DNA of 64,000 bases from Candidatus Doudnabacteria bacterium (lineage in GTDB: Bacteria > Patescibacteriota > Doudnabacteria > UBA920 > O2-02-FULL-48-8), in assembly GCA_016186915.1 (NCBI GenBank), contig JACPKU010000006.1, positions 350,086 to 414,085 of the forward strand. The letters run 5' to 3'. The notes below the pieces were generated by a model. It did no database searches. It was not told the DNA's origin and worked only from the letters and a program-made list of their open reading frames with translations. The position numbers were made by a program, and so were the translations under genes. How positions within the stretch are numbered: position 1 is the stretch's first letter; the number at the start of each line of letters is the position of its first letter. This document shows positions 28,559-36,979 of this stretch, piece by piece.

Positions 28559-29130
28559 GCTAATAATTTTTTTAAGTATTTAGCCAAAACATCAACTTCA
28601 ATATTTACTTCATCGCCGACTTTTATCCTGTTGAGCATAGTCTGCTTCCAGGTATGAGGGATGATCCCAACCGTAAAATAATCCGGCTTAACCGAAATTA
28701 CGGTTAAAGATATTCCATTGACTGCGATTGAACCTTTTTCCACGAGATACTTGCTAATTTGTGGCGCAACCGCAATAGTTAAAATTCTGCTATTTCCCGC
28801 CCGGCCGATTTTTTCAAGGACGCCGACGCCGTCAATATGCCCCTGGACCATGTGCCCAGATAAAAAAGTCCGCGGGGTTGCGGGCAATTCCAGATTCACA
28901 ACATTGCCTGCGTGTAATTTGCCGAGCATGGTCCGCGCCTTCGTCTCGGGCATGACTTCTACCGTAAAGGTTTGCTTGGTCTTGCGGACTGCAGTCAGGC
29001 ATACGCCATTTATAGCAATACTCGCGCCTTTGCTGATCCTCTGGCAAAAGTCGGGGGAAGCTTTGAAGATAAAAGCCCCGACGTTTTTGTTCTTTAGTTG
29101 CCCTAAATTGCTGACAATTCCCGTAAACAT
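28555..29130 (-). CDS. ribE: Riboflavin synthase alpha subunit (start at MFTGIV)
   Basis: MFTGIV N-terminus, two lumazine-binding repeats; upstream part of track ORF is riboswitch. Confidence 0.85.
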   Translation of the reverse strand: MFTGIVSNLGQLKNKNVGAFIFKASPDFCQRISKGASIAINGVCLTAVRKTKQTFTVEVMPETKARTMLGKLHAGNVVNLELPATPRTFLSGHMVQGHIDGVGVLEKIGRAGNSRILTIAVAPQISKYLVEKGSIAVNGISLTVISVKPDYFTVGIIPHTWKQTMLNRIKVGDEVNIEVDVLAKYLKKLLA

Positions 29131-29177
29131 AAAAATTCCCACTTTCATCTTCGGGAATTTTTGATAAAAGAAAACAC

Positions 29178-29392
29178 TCTGCCTTCTTTCATCCCGACTA
29201 TACGGTCGGCCCTGGAATTCCACCAGGTCGTAGTCTTGCGACTTCGTGGGCTAAACCCTCTCTCGTCCGGTCATTCGACCGGACACTCTCTCCCAAAGGG
29301 AGAGAGGTAAAAAAGAAAGGGTCATTACCACCGATTGGGATTTCCTGCCTCGATTCGCTTGGCGAGGCTGGGGCACCCGACCCCGAAGGATA
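29178..29392 (-). promoter_or_regulatory. FMN riboswitch (RFN element) in 5' leader of ribE-ribH-ribB-ribA operon
   Basis: Minus-strand read CUUCGGGGUCGGGUG...GGAAAUCCCAAUCGGUGGUAAUGACC...GGUUUAGCCCACGA...GGUGGAAUUCCAGG...GCCGACCGUAUAGUCGGGAUGAAAGAAGG matches conserved RFN cores. Confidence 0.85.
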
Positions 29393-29464
29393 ATTCATTA
29401 TAGCATTTTGTTAAGAAACATGCTCGCGCTCACTGTCATATTGGACAATAACTGAACCCTTGAG

Positions 29465-30166
29465 TTAAAAGACTTTTACAATTCCTGTTTTGAAATTGGG
29501 CCTGCTGCCGGGTTTGATTTGATCATATAGATATTTCGGAATGCCTAAATCGGCTACGAAAATTTGCCCTGCCAGCTTTTTGCCGCTGCCGGTCTTAAAC
29601 CCGGTTTTGGGCAGAGCCAGGCTTAGGGTGATGTCGGCCTCAACGCAGATTGACGCGCATTGGCCGGTGGTGGCGTCCATGCCAGAGGGCAGATCAAGGG
29701 CAAGTTTTCGGCCCCTTGAGCGGTTGATTGATTTGATAATTTCCGCAACCGGATTTCTGACCGTTCCTTTCAGATGATAGCCAAAAATGGCGTCAACCAA
29801 AACGTCCGAGTCTTCGATGATTTTTGCGGCCTGTTGTTTATTTTTCGTAAATGGGAGGAGCGGGATTCTGCTGTTCCTAAGAAGTTTTAAATGATGGCGT
29901 GCGTTGACGTTTAGATTGGAATCAGCCAGTATGACCTTGACTTTAAGGCCGGCGTTTGCGAGAAACCGCGCGGCTGACAAACCACCGCCGCCGTTATTCC
30001 CCTTGCCGGCAATGACCGCGATTTTGGCGGTTTTGGGGATTTTTAGCAGCCGGAAGAGCGAAGCCGCATGCCAGCCGGCTAATTCCATCATTTGCAGAAT
30101 CTCAAGCCCGCTGTTCACGGCCAGCCGATCCAATTTTTCCATTTGTTTAGCTGTGGCAAAATACAT
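29465..30166 (-). CDS. nnr: NAD(P)H-hydrate epimerase (YjeF N-terminal domain), paralog 2 with GNNGGGG variant motif
   Basis: ~75% aa identity to paralog 1, near-identical N- and C-terminal ~70/40 aa; Asp-to-Gly change in signature. Confidence 0.8.
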   Translation of the reverse strand: MYFATAKQMEKLDRLAVNSGLEILQMMELAGWHAASLFRLLKIPKTAKIAVIAGKGNNGGGGLSAARFLANAGLKVKVILADSNLNVNARHHLKLLRNSRIPLLPFTKNKQQAAKIIEDSDVLVDAIFGYHLKGTVRNPVAEIIKSINRSRGRKLALDLPSGMDATTGQCASICVEADITLSLALPKTGFKTGSGKKLAGQIFVADLGIPKYLYDQIKPGSRPNFKTGIVKVF

Positions 30167-30227
30167 AAAGATTTAAGTTTATCATAGCACGATTGAAGTC
30201 TACTTTAAAAAAACGGGGCAAGAAGAA

Positions 30228-30920
30228 TCAAATCAATTTGCCCCGCTGGATCAACTGTCCTATCAGGTTGAGAAGCCCTGTGGTATCCTCAAACGAATCG
30301 ATCACGAACTTGGCCCGGCTGAAGTCGTGGTTATCATTGAGATCGTAGCGATACCCGATGACTGCGAGGCCCGCCTCGACCGCTGATCGGATCCCTGTTT
30401 CCGAATCTTCGATAGCCACGACCCGGCCGGCTGGCTGGTGAAAGCGCTTAAGTGCCAGCAGGTAGGGGTCTGGTGCTGGCTTAGTGATGCGGACATCATC
30501 TGCCGTGACCAGAAGGTCAAAAGCCTCTGTCAGCCTGCAAATTTTCAGAACCTCGTTGACCGAGCTTAAGCGGCTGGTCGTGACTAGTCCCAGGTGATAC
30601 CCGTCCTTTCTCAAGACAGCCAGCAACTCCCTGATGCCGGGATTCGGTTTGAGGTCTGCCATCATGGCTTTCTTCAGCTTTTGGAAAGTGCGGGTGTATT
30701 CTGCCGCACTGACTTGCAGCCCGGAAGCAGTCAGGAAGTCTGTCCGCACCGCTTCGTGGGATCGTCCCACCCCCTGAATGCGTTGGTAGAAATCAAGGCC
30801 AAACAACCCGCCGCCATAGTGCTGCACCGTCGCGCAATGCGCGGCTGCGCAGATTTCCTCGGTTGGGGCGATCACCCCGTCTAAATCCCACAAAACCGCT
30901 CTGTCAGTGGCTTCGCTCAT
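30228..30920 (-). CDS. HAD-IA family hydrolase (beta-phosphoglucomutase/phosphatase-like)
   Basis: DLDGVI motif I, conserved T/K/D motifs. Confidence 0.8.
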   Translation of the reverse strand: MSEATDRAVLWDLDGVIAPTEEICAAAHCATVQHYGGGLFGLDFYQRIQGVGRSHEAVRTDFLTASGLQVSAAEYTRTFQKLKKAMMADLKPNPGIRELLAVLRKDGYHLGLVTTSRLSSVNEVLKICRLTEAFDLLVTADDVRITKPAPDPYLLALKRFHQPAGRVVAIEDSETGIRSAVEAGLAVIGYRYDLNDNHDFSRAKFVIDSFEDTTGLLNLIGQLIQRGKLI

Positions 30921-31068
30921 AGTTTCTCGCTTCCTCCTATATAATGTAATAAAATCTTAACACGAATATGTTTTGGAAGTTGTGATCCAGATCACAGCGT
31001 GGAAAAATTAGTTGCCATATGCTTTAGTTATGAAAGAAATTAAAAAACCAAAAATAAGGAGGAATCAT

Positions 31069-32130
31069 ATGAAAGTCATAAGACTTGCAATCTTAGGCTT
31101 GGGCAATGTGCCGCTGGCAGTCCTTCGCTATATGGAGGAACCAGGCCCAGCAAAGACGCTCAAGGAAGCTGGCATTGCCATTCAGCTTACCGGAGTGACC
31201 ACGGGCAGCCGGGGAAACGCCATTAACCCGGATGGAATTCCCTTTCAGGATTTAGTGGCCATTGGCAAATCCGGCAGGCTTGAGCCGCTCAATAAAGGCC
31301 CAGAGACCTCAAACAGTCTGGAGTTTGTGAAAGCAGTGCCCGCCGACATCCTGTTTGTGGCTACGCCGGCCAGCATTCCTTCGGTGGAAGAAATCAAGCT
31401 GGCGTTTGCCCGAGGCATCCACGTGGTGACCTCGAACAAAACGCCGGTGGCCAACCACTTCCGGGAGCTTACGCAGGATGCGAAAAAGCATGGAGTCGGA
31501 TTCCGGTTTGGCGCTACAGTGCTGGCCGGCTACCCGCCCTGGGCGCAGTTCTTCGAGGCGGTGAGCAAACAGCCAATTACCGAACTTCAGATCGTGGTCA
31601 ATGCCACTTCCAATAACATCCTGACCATGATGCTGGAACAGGGTATGAGCTTTGAGCAAGGAATCGCCGAGGCGCAGCGTCTGGGCATTGCCGAGCGCGA
31701 GCCTTCGGATGATGTGGACGGGCACGACACCCAAAAGAAGCTAGCCATCCTGGCCAACGTCTTGCTCGATGCCAACCTCACTCCGGCTGACATTCCGACT
31801 GTCGGGATCCGGGGAGTCACCTTGGAACAACTCAAACAGGCTGATCAGTCCGGCAAATGGATTCAGCTTCTGGGGAGGGCGTGGTTTGAGAAGGGCCAAG
31901 TCAAGGCCGAAGTCAAGCCAGTGGAGACGGATAACCCATTCTTCGTCCATATGCGCTCAACGTCCATGGGCCTTTACTTCCAAACGCCGACTGCTGATCC
32001 CGGATCGGAGTCCGGGACAAGTTTCGGCATCCGTCTCGATCTTGGCAGCGGCGATCAGGCCATCATGGCCACAGCTGCCGGCGTGTTTGAGGACATCCTG
32101 ACGATCGCGAGTATGGCTTTGCAAGGTTAG
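31069..32130 (+). CDS. hom: Homoserine dehydrogenase-like NAD(P)-binding oxidoreductase (no C-terminal ACT domain)
   Basis: N-terminal Rossmann ILGLGNV; VVTSNKTPVA and FRFGATVLAGYP resemble Hom catalytic region; strong AAGGAGG RBS before 31069. Confidence 0.65.
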   Translation: MKVIRLAILGLGNVPLAVLRYMEEPGPAKTLKEAGIAIQLTGVTTGSRGNAINPDGIPFQDLVAIGKSGRLEPLNKGPETSNSLEFVKAVPADILFVATPASIPSVEEIKLAFARGIHVVTSNKTPVANHFRELTQDAKKHGVGFRFGATVLAGYPPWAQFFEAVSKQPITELQIVVNATSNNILTMMLEQGMSFEQGIAEAQRLGIAEREPSDDVDGHDTQKKLAILANVLLDANLTPADIPTVGIRGVTLEQLKQADQSGKWIQLLGRAWFEKGQVKAEVKPVETDNPFFVHMRSTSMGLYFQTPTADPGSESGTSFGIRLDLGSGDQAIMATAAGVFEDILTIASMALQG

Positions 32131-32239
32131 CCGCGGAATTTCCGGCTAACCTTTTTCTTTTTTTGTGATTTAGATTACAGAAGTAGTTTGAATAGTCGGA
32201 TATGATTAAATTAGAAAATTAACATAGGAAGGAAAAAAT

Positions 32240-32473
32240 ATGCCAAACATTACCATTTATACCACTCCCATCTGTTCTTTTTGCAAGATGGCTAAGGGAT
32301 TTTTTAGCAATCATAATCTGAGTTATCGAGAAAAAGATGTGACGAGCGATGACGAAGCTTTGCATGAAATGCTGGATAAATCCGGGCAAATGGGCGTGCC
32401 AGTGATTGATATTGACGGGGAGATCGTGGTCGGGTTTGATAAAAGAAGATTAAACCAATTACTTGGTGTTTGA
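32240..32473 (+). CDS. Glutaredoxin-like protein (NrdH/YruB-like, CSFC active site)
   Basis: 77 aa; paralog of 19283-19519. Confidence 0.8.
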   Translation: MPNITIYTTPICSFCKMAKGFFSNHNLSYREKDVTSDDEALHEMLDKSGQMGVPVIDIDGEIVVGFDKRRLNQLLGV

Positions 32474-32489
32474 GAGGAGGTGAAAGAGT

Positions 32490-32843
32490 ATGAAAAATAT
32501 GATGCCTGTGATGCTGATAATGTTGATTATTATTGTCGCGGCGTTTGTTTATGCCATCCAAGGCGTAAACATGCACCGGCAAGTAGCCGTGGAAGAGGCG
32601 GAGTTCCACCAGCTGCAGAATGATTACTTCTTGCAAAGCAAAGCAGTCAGAGACGCGGCGGTTTCCAACTCGGAACTGAATCAGCAGTTAGTGCAGATCC
32701 AGAATTATCCGTCGGAATTGCTGCGATTAAAGCTGGTAGGGGTCGGCAAGATTTTGACTGGTATTTTCGGTCTGCTGCTGGGAATCTTAATTGTCCTGTT
32801 TATGATGCCGGCCAGGCTGGCCAAGCTGCTCAAAAGAGAGTGA
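32490..32843 (+). CDS. Hypothetical membrane protein
   Basis: 117-aa ORF with N- and C-terminal TM segments. Confidence 0.35.
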   Translation: MKNMMPVMLIMLIIIVAAFVYAIQGVNMHRQVAVEEAEFHQLQNDYFLQSKAVRDAAVSNSELNQQLVQIQNYPSELLRLKLVGVGKILTGIFGLLLGILIVLFMMPARLAKLLKRE

Positions 32844-32846
32844 CAA

Positions 32847-32896
32847 TTGACAGATTCTTATTGTTAACATATCATTTGAATAGATATTCAAATGAT
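32847..32896 (+). promoter_or_regulatory. Promoter TTGACA-17-TATCAT with perfect 12-2-12 inverted repeat ATCATTTGAATA-GA-TATTCAAATGAT (ArsR/SmtB-type operator) spanning -10 to the ArsR start codon
   Basis: Hexamers and palindrome read directly; palindrome includes ATG at 32892. Confidence 0.55.
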
Positions 32897-33203
32897 CAAC
32901 ATCATTAAACTTAAAAAAGAATTGTCTGATAAGCAACTGATTGCCCGATGCGCAAAAGAGTTTGGGGTGGTAGGAGACGCTACGCGCATGAAGATTTGCT
33001 ATTTGCTTTGCCATCACCCGGAGTTAACCGTTTCAGAAATTGCTCAGGCTTGCGGTCTGACCGTGTCGGCAGCCTCCCACGCGCTTAAAAAATTGAGAAG
33101 CATCGGACTGGTCCAGTCCCGCCGGCAATTTCGATCGGTGTTTTACCGGCTAAGCGGTAGCAAGTTTTCTCAAGTTATTAAACAAAGTTTGGAAAGGGGG
33201 TGA
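32892..33203 (+). CDS. ArsR/SmtB family transcriptional regulator
   Basis: HTH signature GDATRMKICYLL...TVSEIAQACGLTVSAASHALKKLRSIGLV. Confidence 0.8.
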   Translation: MINIIKLKKELSDKQLIARCAKEFGVVGDATRMKICYLLCHHPELTVSEIAQACGLTVSAASHALKKLRSIGLVQSRRQFRSVFYRLSGSKFSQVIKQSLERG

Positions 33204-33208
33204 ATTAT

Positions 33209-33322
33209 ATGGCACATTGCCCAGTTTGTAACCTGGACGTGGAGGATGAAAAAATGGAAGATCATGGCAAGACGCATAAAGAGGGAGAAAGCGAAGACGA
33301 ACACAAAGGCCACAGCCATTAA
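33209..33322 (+). CDS. Putative 37-aa CxxC/His-rich peptide (MAHCPVCNLDVEDEKMEDHGKTHKEGESEDEHKGHSH)
   Basis: Own translation (below ORF-track cutoff); sits 5 nt after ArsR stop; CPVC plus HxGHxH tail suggests metal binding. Confidence 0.3.
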   Translation: MAHCPVCNLDVEDEKMEDHGKTHKEGESEDEHKGHSH

Positions 33323-33397
33323 TTAGTCCAGCGTGGAGTCACCCAACTTCGCAGCATGGGTGGCCTCGCGGTGAACTAATTAAACATTAGAAAAACA

Positions 33398-33817
33398 ATG
33401 ACTGAAACATCTAAAAAATTATTAACGCGTCTGGCTCCCATTCTGGGAGCCGGAGCAGTGGGCGCTTGCCCGCTTTGCTGGATCGGTTCCGCTTCGCTTC
33501 TGACTTATTTAGGCTTAGGAGCATTGGTTCCCATTTGGCGCTGGATAGTCGTAATTTTATTGCTGTTAGCTTTGGTTGGATTTGCCTTCGATTTTCGATC
33601 GCATAGAAAACCAGCACCGTTAGTTTTGCTTGTAATCGGGAGCGGGTTGCTGTTGCTCGGCCGCTATGTTTATGGTGGCGCAGACTTTGACGGTTGGCAG
33701 ATTTGGGGGCCGGGAGCTTTAATAGTCTTGCTCGCGGTGATTTATAACAAACGACAGTTTAGAAAAGCGCAAATAATTAACCCAAAGGAGCATCAGCAAT
33801 ATCATGCAAACATCTAA
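33398..33817 (+). CDS. Four-TM membrane protein with N-terminal GACPLCW motif
   Basis: 139-aa hydrophobic ORF; Cys pair inside first TM. Confidence 0.45.
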   Translation: MTETSKKLLTRLAPILGAGAVGACPLCWIGSASLLTYLGLGALVPIWRWIVVILLLLALVGFAFDFRSHRKPAPLVLLVIGSGLLLLGRYVYGGADFDGWQIWGPGALIVLLAVIYNKRQFRKAQIINPKEHQQYHANI

Positions 33818-34403
33818 CAAGCTTAGGATCAAAATTATTTTGGGGAGCACGCGCCCGAACCGATTCAGCGATAAGCCGGGCGCTTGGATACTTGGGGAAG
33901 CGATGAAAAAACCAGGGGTTGACGCCGAACTTCTGGATCTGCGGGATTATCCGCTCCCGTTTTACAATGAGCCAGCGCCTCCGAGCATGGTCAAAGACGG
34001 GGCCTACCCCAACGAACTTGTGCGAAAGTGGGCGGCCAAGATCAAACAGGCGGACGCGTTTATTCTCGTGGCCCCGGAATACAACCACGGCATCTCTGGC
34101 GTGCTGAAAAACGCGTTGGATTCGGTTTACGCTGAATGGAATAATAAGGCCGTAGGTTTTGTGGCCTACGGAAATGTGGGCGGAGCTCGATCGGTTGAGC
34201 ATTTGCGCGGGGTAGCGGTTGAGCTGCAAATGGCTCCGATTCGCAGCGCGGTTCACATTCCCAGCCCTTGGAATATGCTGGACGAGCAGGGCAATTTAAA
34301 ACCCGGATCACTGGATCCGTTTCAGAAAAGCGCTGAGAATTTCTTAAATCAATTAATCTGGTGGGCCAAGGCGCTTAAGGCTGCCAGAGAACAAGGGAAT
34401 TAA
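33804..34403 (+). CDS. NADPH-dependent FMN reductase (flavodoxin-like fold)
   Basis: IKIILGSTRPNRFSDK...FILVAPEYNHGISGVLKNALD signature. Confidence 0.85.
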   Translation: MQTSNKLRIKIILGSTRPNRFSDKPGAWILGEAMKKPGVDAELLDLRDYPLPFYNEPAPPSMVKDGAYPNELVRKWAAKIKQADAFILVAPEYNHGISGVLKNALDSVYAEWNNKAVGFVAYGNVGGARSVEHLRGVAVELQMAPIRSAVHIPSPWNMLDEQGNLKPGSLDPFQKSAENFLNQLIWWAKALKAAREQGN

Positions 34404-34404
34404 T

Positions 34405-35808
34405 ATGAAATCATTTGATCTAATCGTAGTCGGAGGAGGCAGTGCCGGTTTTGTGGCGGCGTTCAAAGCCAAAGCAGCGAATTTAACTGTGGCTTTGGCA
34501 GAAAAACACAAGCTCGGCGGCGAGTGCCCCAACTACGCTTGCCTGCCGTCCAAGGCCATGCTGCGATCCGCGGAAGTTTTGCATTTGGCCGAGAATGCTG
34601 AAAAATTTGGCGTGAGAGTGAAGGAGGCGCACGCGACTTTACCGGAAATCGTTTCGTCCAAAGAGCCGATTATTCAAATGTTGACCGGCTCGCCTCGCCT
34701 GGAAAATGCCTTAAAGCGCAATGACGTGGCTTATCTTTTTGGCGAGGCTAAGTTTGTTGACGAACACACGGTTGAGGTGGCAGGCAGTAAATATCAAGCC
34801 AAACAATTTGTGATTGCTACTGGCTCGGATCCGTTTATTCCGCCGATTGAAGGATTGAAAGAAACTGGTTTTATTGACAGTATTGCGGCCAGTATGCTCA
34901 AAGTGCAGCCCAAACGAATCGCGATTATTGGCGGCGGGGCCGTGGGCAGCGAATATACCCAACTATTTACCCGTTTGCACACGCAAGTTTATCTTATCCA
35001 AAGAGGTGAGCGGATTTTGGATCGGGAAGACGAAGAAACCTCCAAGGTCATCACAGAATCGTTTACCTCTCAAGGCGTGAAAATTTTCACCAACACGGAT
35101 GTTATCAAAGCGGAAAAAGTTTCTGACGGCAAAAAGTTAACTCTCAAAACCAAAGACGGCCAGGAAGAGATTATCGTGGATGAAGTTTTGGTTGCACCTG
35201 GCCGCCGACCGGATCTGACCAAATTAAACTTGGAAGCAGCAGGCGTAAAGTTGGATGAAAAAGGTAAGTTGATCTTGGATGATTATTTACGCACCACCCA
35301 GTCGCACATTTGGGCAGCCGGGGATGTGGCTGGCCGCTACCTCTTCACTCACGTCGCGGCATACGAGGGCGATATCGTGGGCTGGAACCTCACCCACCCG
35401 GACCAACTCCGCAAACCCGATTATCGAGTCGTTCCTAGGGCTACTTTCACCCATCCGGAAATCGGCAGCGTGGGGTTAACGGAAAAAGAAGCTAAAGATA
35501 AGGGCCACGATGTAATTGCGACTGCTTATCCTTTGAAGGTGATGGGTCGGGGTTTGACTGTGCGAGAAGTCGAAGGTTTTATCAAACTCGTGGTGGAGCA
35601 AAAATCTGGTCAAATTTTAGGCGGGCACATGGTGGGGGCCCAAGCTGGCGAAGTGATTCATGAGATTGCGCTCGCCATGTTTGCAAATCTACCAGTACAG
35701 AAACTTGGCGAAATGATCCATGCCTTCCCCACCATGGCCGAGGCCGTGAGCTTTGTGACCGAACGAATGTTTTTCCAAATGACCAGAAACGTCGTTGATA
35801 AAAGTTAA
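34405..35808 (+). CDS. Class I pyridine nucleotide-disulfide oxidoreductase (dihydrolipoyl dehydrogenase / glutathione-reductase-like; redox-active CPNYAC)
   Basis: FAD GxGxxG, GGECPNYACLPSK disulfide, NAD site, C-terminal dimerisation HAFPTMAEA. Confidence 0.85.
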   Translation: MKSFDLIVVGGGSAGFVAAFKAKAANLTVALAEKHKLGGECPNYACLPSKAMLRSAEVLHLAENAEKFGVRVKEAHATLPEIVSSKEPIIQMLTGSPRLENALKRNDVAYLFGEAKFVDEHTVEVAGSKYQAKQFVIATGSDPFIPPIEGLKETGFIDSIAASMLKVQPKRIAIIGGGAVGSEYTQLFTRLHTQVYLIQRGERILDREDEETSKVITESFTSQGVKIFTNTDVIKAEKVSDGKKLTLKTKDGQEEIIVDEVLVAPGRRPDLTKLNLEAAGVKLDEKGKLILDDYLRTTQSHIWAAGDVAGRYLFTHVAAYEGDIVGWNLTHPDQLRKPDYRVVPRATFTHPEIGSVGLTEKEAKDKGHDVIATAYPLKVMGRGLTVREVEGFIKLVVEQKSGQILGGHMVGAQAGEVIHEIALAMFANLPVQKLGEMIHAFPTMAEAVSFVTERMFFQMTRNVVDKS

Positions 35809-35865
35809 AATTTAAGACCCGCCTTCGCTAAAGCTTCTGCCTTCGTTTCCGCCGTCGTTAAAACT

Positions 35866-36069
35866 ATGGCGGACAAGAAAACTTCGGCAGACAAGTCGGC
35901 GGGCAAGAAGGAAAAAATAATGAATTTAACCAAAGAACAACTTGAGTTGTTGCTTAAAGAAACTTCAACAGAGCACGGGAAATATGAAAAAACTATTGGA
36001 CATTACGATGACGACTGGCCCGCTTGGTACGCGGAGTATATGATTAAAAAAATTATGGAATTATTATGA
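35866..36069 (+). CDS. Hypothetical small protein; 5' end overlaps a repeat element also found upstream of tRNA-Arg(TCG)
   Basis: 67-aa ORF; true start may be internal Met (MNLTKEQ). Confidence 0.3.
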   Translation: MADKKTSADKSAGKKEKIMNLTKEQLELLLKETSTEHGKYEKTIGHYDDDWPAWYAEYMIKKIMELL

Positions 36070-36650
36070 CTAAACGAAAACTTTTTATACCAGTTTTGCT
36101 TGGCACTTCCAGACAAGGCCGCGAAAGCGAAAAGGTCGCCAAACTTATTTACGACCACATCAGCAAAAGCCCTGAGATAGAAACTCAGTTGTTCGATCCA
36201 CGCGTTATGCACTTGCCGCAAGATGACGAAGATGGCGGCATTAAAGAACAAAACAAAGAGTGGAAAGACGCTATTATCCGCGCTGATGGATTGATCATAG
36301 TTACACCCGAATACAACCATGCCTTTCCCGGAAGCTTAAAACGGGCTTTGGATCTGCTCCTCCCTGAATACATCCACAAAGCCGTAGGCTTGGTGGGAGT
36401 AAGCGCTGGCGGCTGGGGTGGTGTGCGAGCCGTAGAACATTTGGTGCAAGTGGTTCGTGAGTTAGGACTGGCTGTGACTTTCTCAGATCTTTATTTTCCT
36501 AAAGTCCAAGATGCCTTCGATGACCAAGGCAAACCAAAAGACGAAAAAGTTTATAAACGAATTGATGATTTTATGACTGAATTAATCTGGATGGCCAAGG
36601 CTCTCAAATGGGGACGGGAAAACCTGCCCAGTAAGTATCACAAAAAATAA
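36066..36650 (+). CDS. NADPH-dependent FMN reductase, second paralog
   Basis: IIVTPEYNHAFPGSLKRALD signature. Confidence 0.85.
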   Translation: MTKRKLFIPVLLGTSRQGRESEKVAKLIYDHISKSPEIETQLFDPRVMHLPQDDEDGGIKEQNKEWKDAIIRADGLIIVTPEYNHAFPGSLKRALDLLLPEYIHKAVGLVGVSAGGWGGVRAVEHLVQVVRELGLAVTFSDLYFPKVQDAFDDQGKPKDEKVYKRIDDFMTELIWMAKALKWGRENLPSKYHKK

Positions 36651-36672
36651 CCGAGTATTCTTTTAATTACCC

Positions 36673-36701
36673 TTGACATATACCCCTAGGGGGTATATGA
36701 T
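36673..36701 (+). promoter_or_regulatory. Sigma70 promoter TTGACA-17-TATGAT whose spacer is the palindrome ATATACCCCTAGGGGGTATAT (CsoR-type operator); near-leaderless start for csoR
   Basis: Hexamers, 17-bp spacing, and GC-rich palindrome read directly; ATG at 36711. Confidence 0.55.
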
Positions 36702-36710
36702 ATCTTTGTT

Positions 36711-36977
36711 ATGAAAAAAGATATTAAGAACAAAGCTATCAAACGGCTTAAAATTTTAGAAGGGCAGATCAGAGGCCTGCAGAAGATGGTCATAGATGAG
36801 AAGTATTGTATTGATATTATTACTCAATCTTTAGCGGCCAAGCAAGCGCTTTCCGGGTTTGAGGATTTGATCTTGGGCAATCACCTATCAACTCATGTTG
36901 TAGACCAAATCAAATCCGGTAAAAGCGCCAAAGCAACCAAAGAGCTTTTAAGATTATATAAACTATCCAAAAAATAA
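36711..36977 (+). CDS. csoR: Metal-sensing transcriptional repressor, CsoR/RcnR family
   Basis: ILEGQIRGLQKMV...KYCIDIITQ...GNHLSTH conserved ligand positions. Confidence 0.85.
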   Translation: MKKDIKNKAIKRLKILEGQIRGLQKMVIDEKYCIDIITQSLAAKQALSGFEDLILGNHLSTHVVDQIKSGKSAKATKELLRLYKLSKK

Positions 36978-36979
36978 TT

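Noticed and set aside
34405-35808. Possible mercuric reductase MerA, given the adjacent ArsR and Cys-motif membrane protein
   Set aside because: It lacks the N-terminal HMA (GMTCxxC) domain and the C-terminal vicinal Cys pair diagnostic of MerA. The CPNYAC site is generic for class I disulfide reductases.
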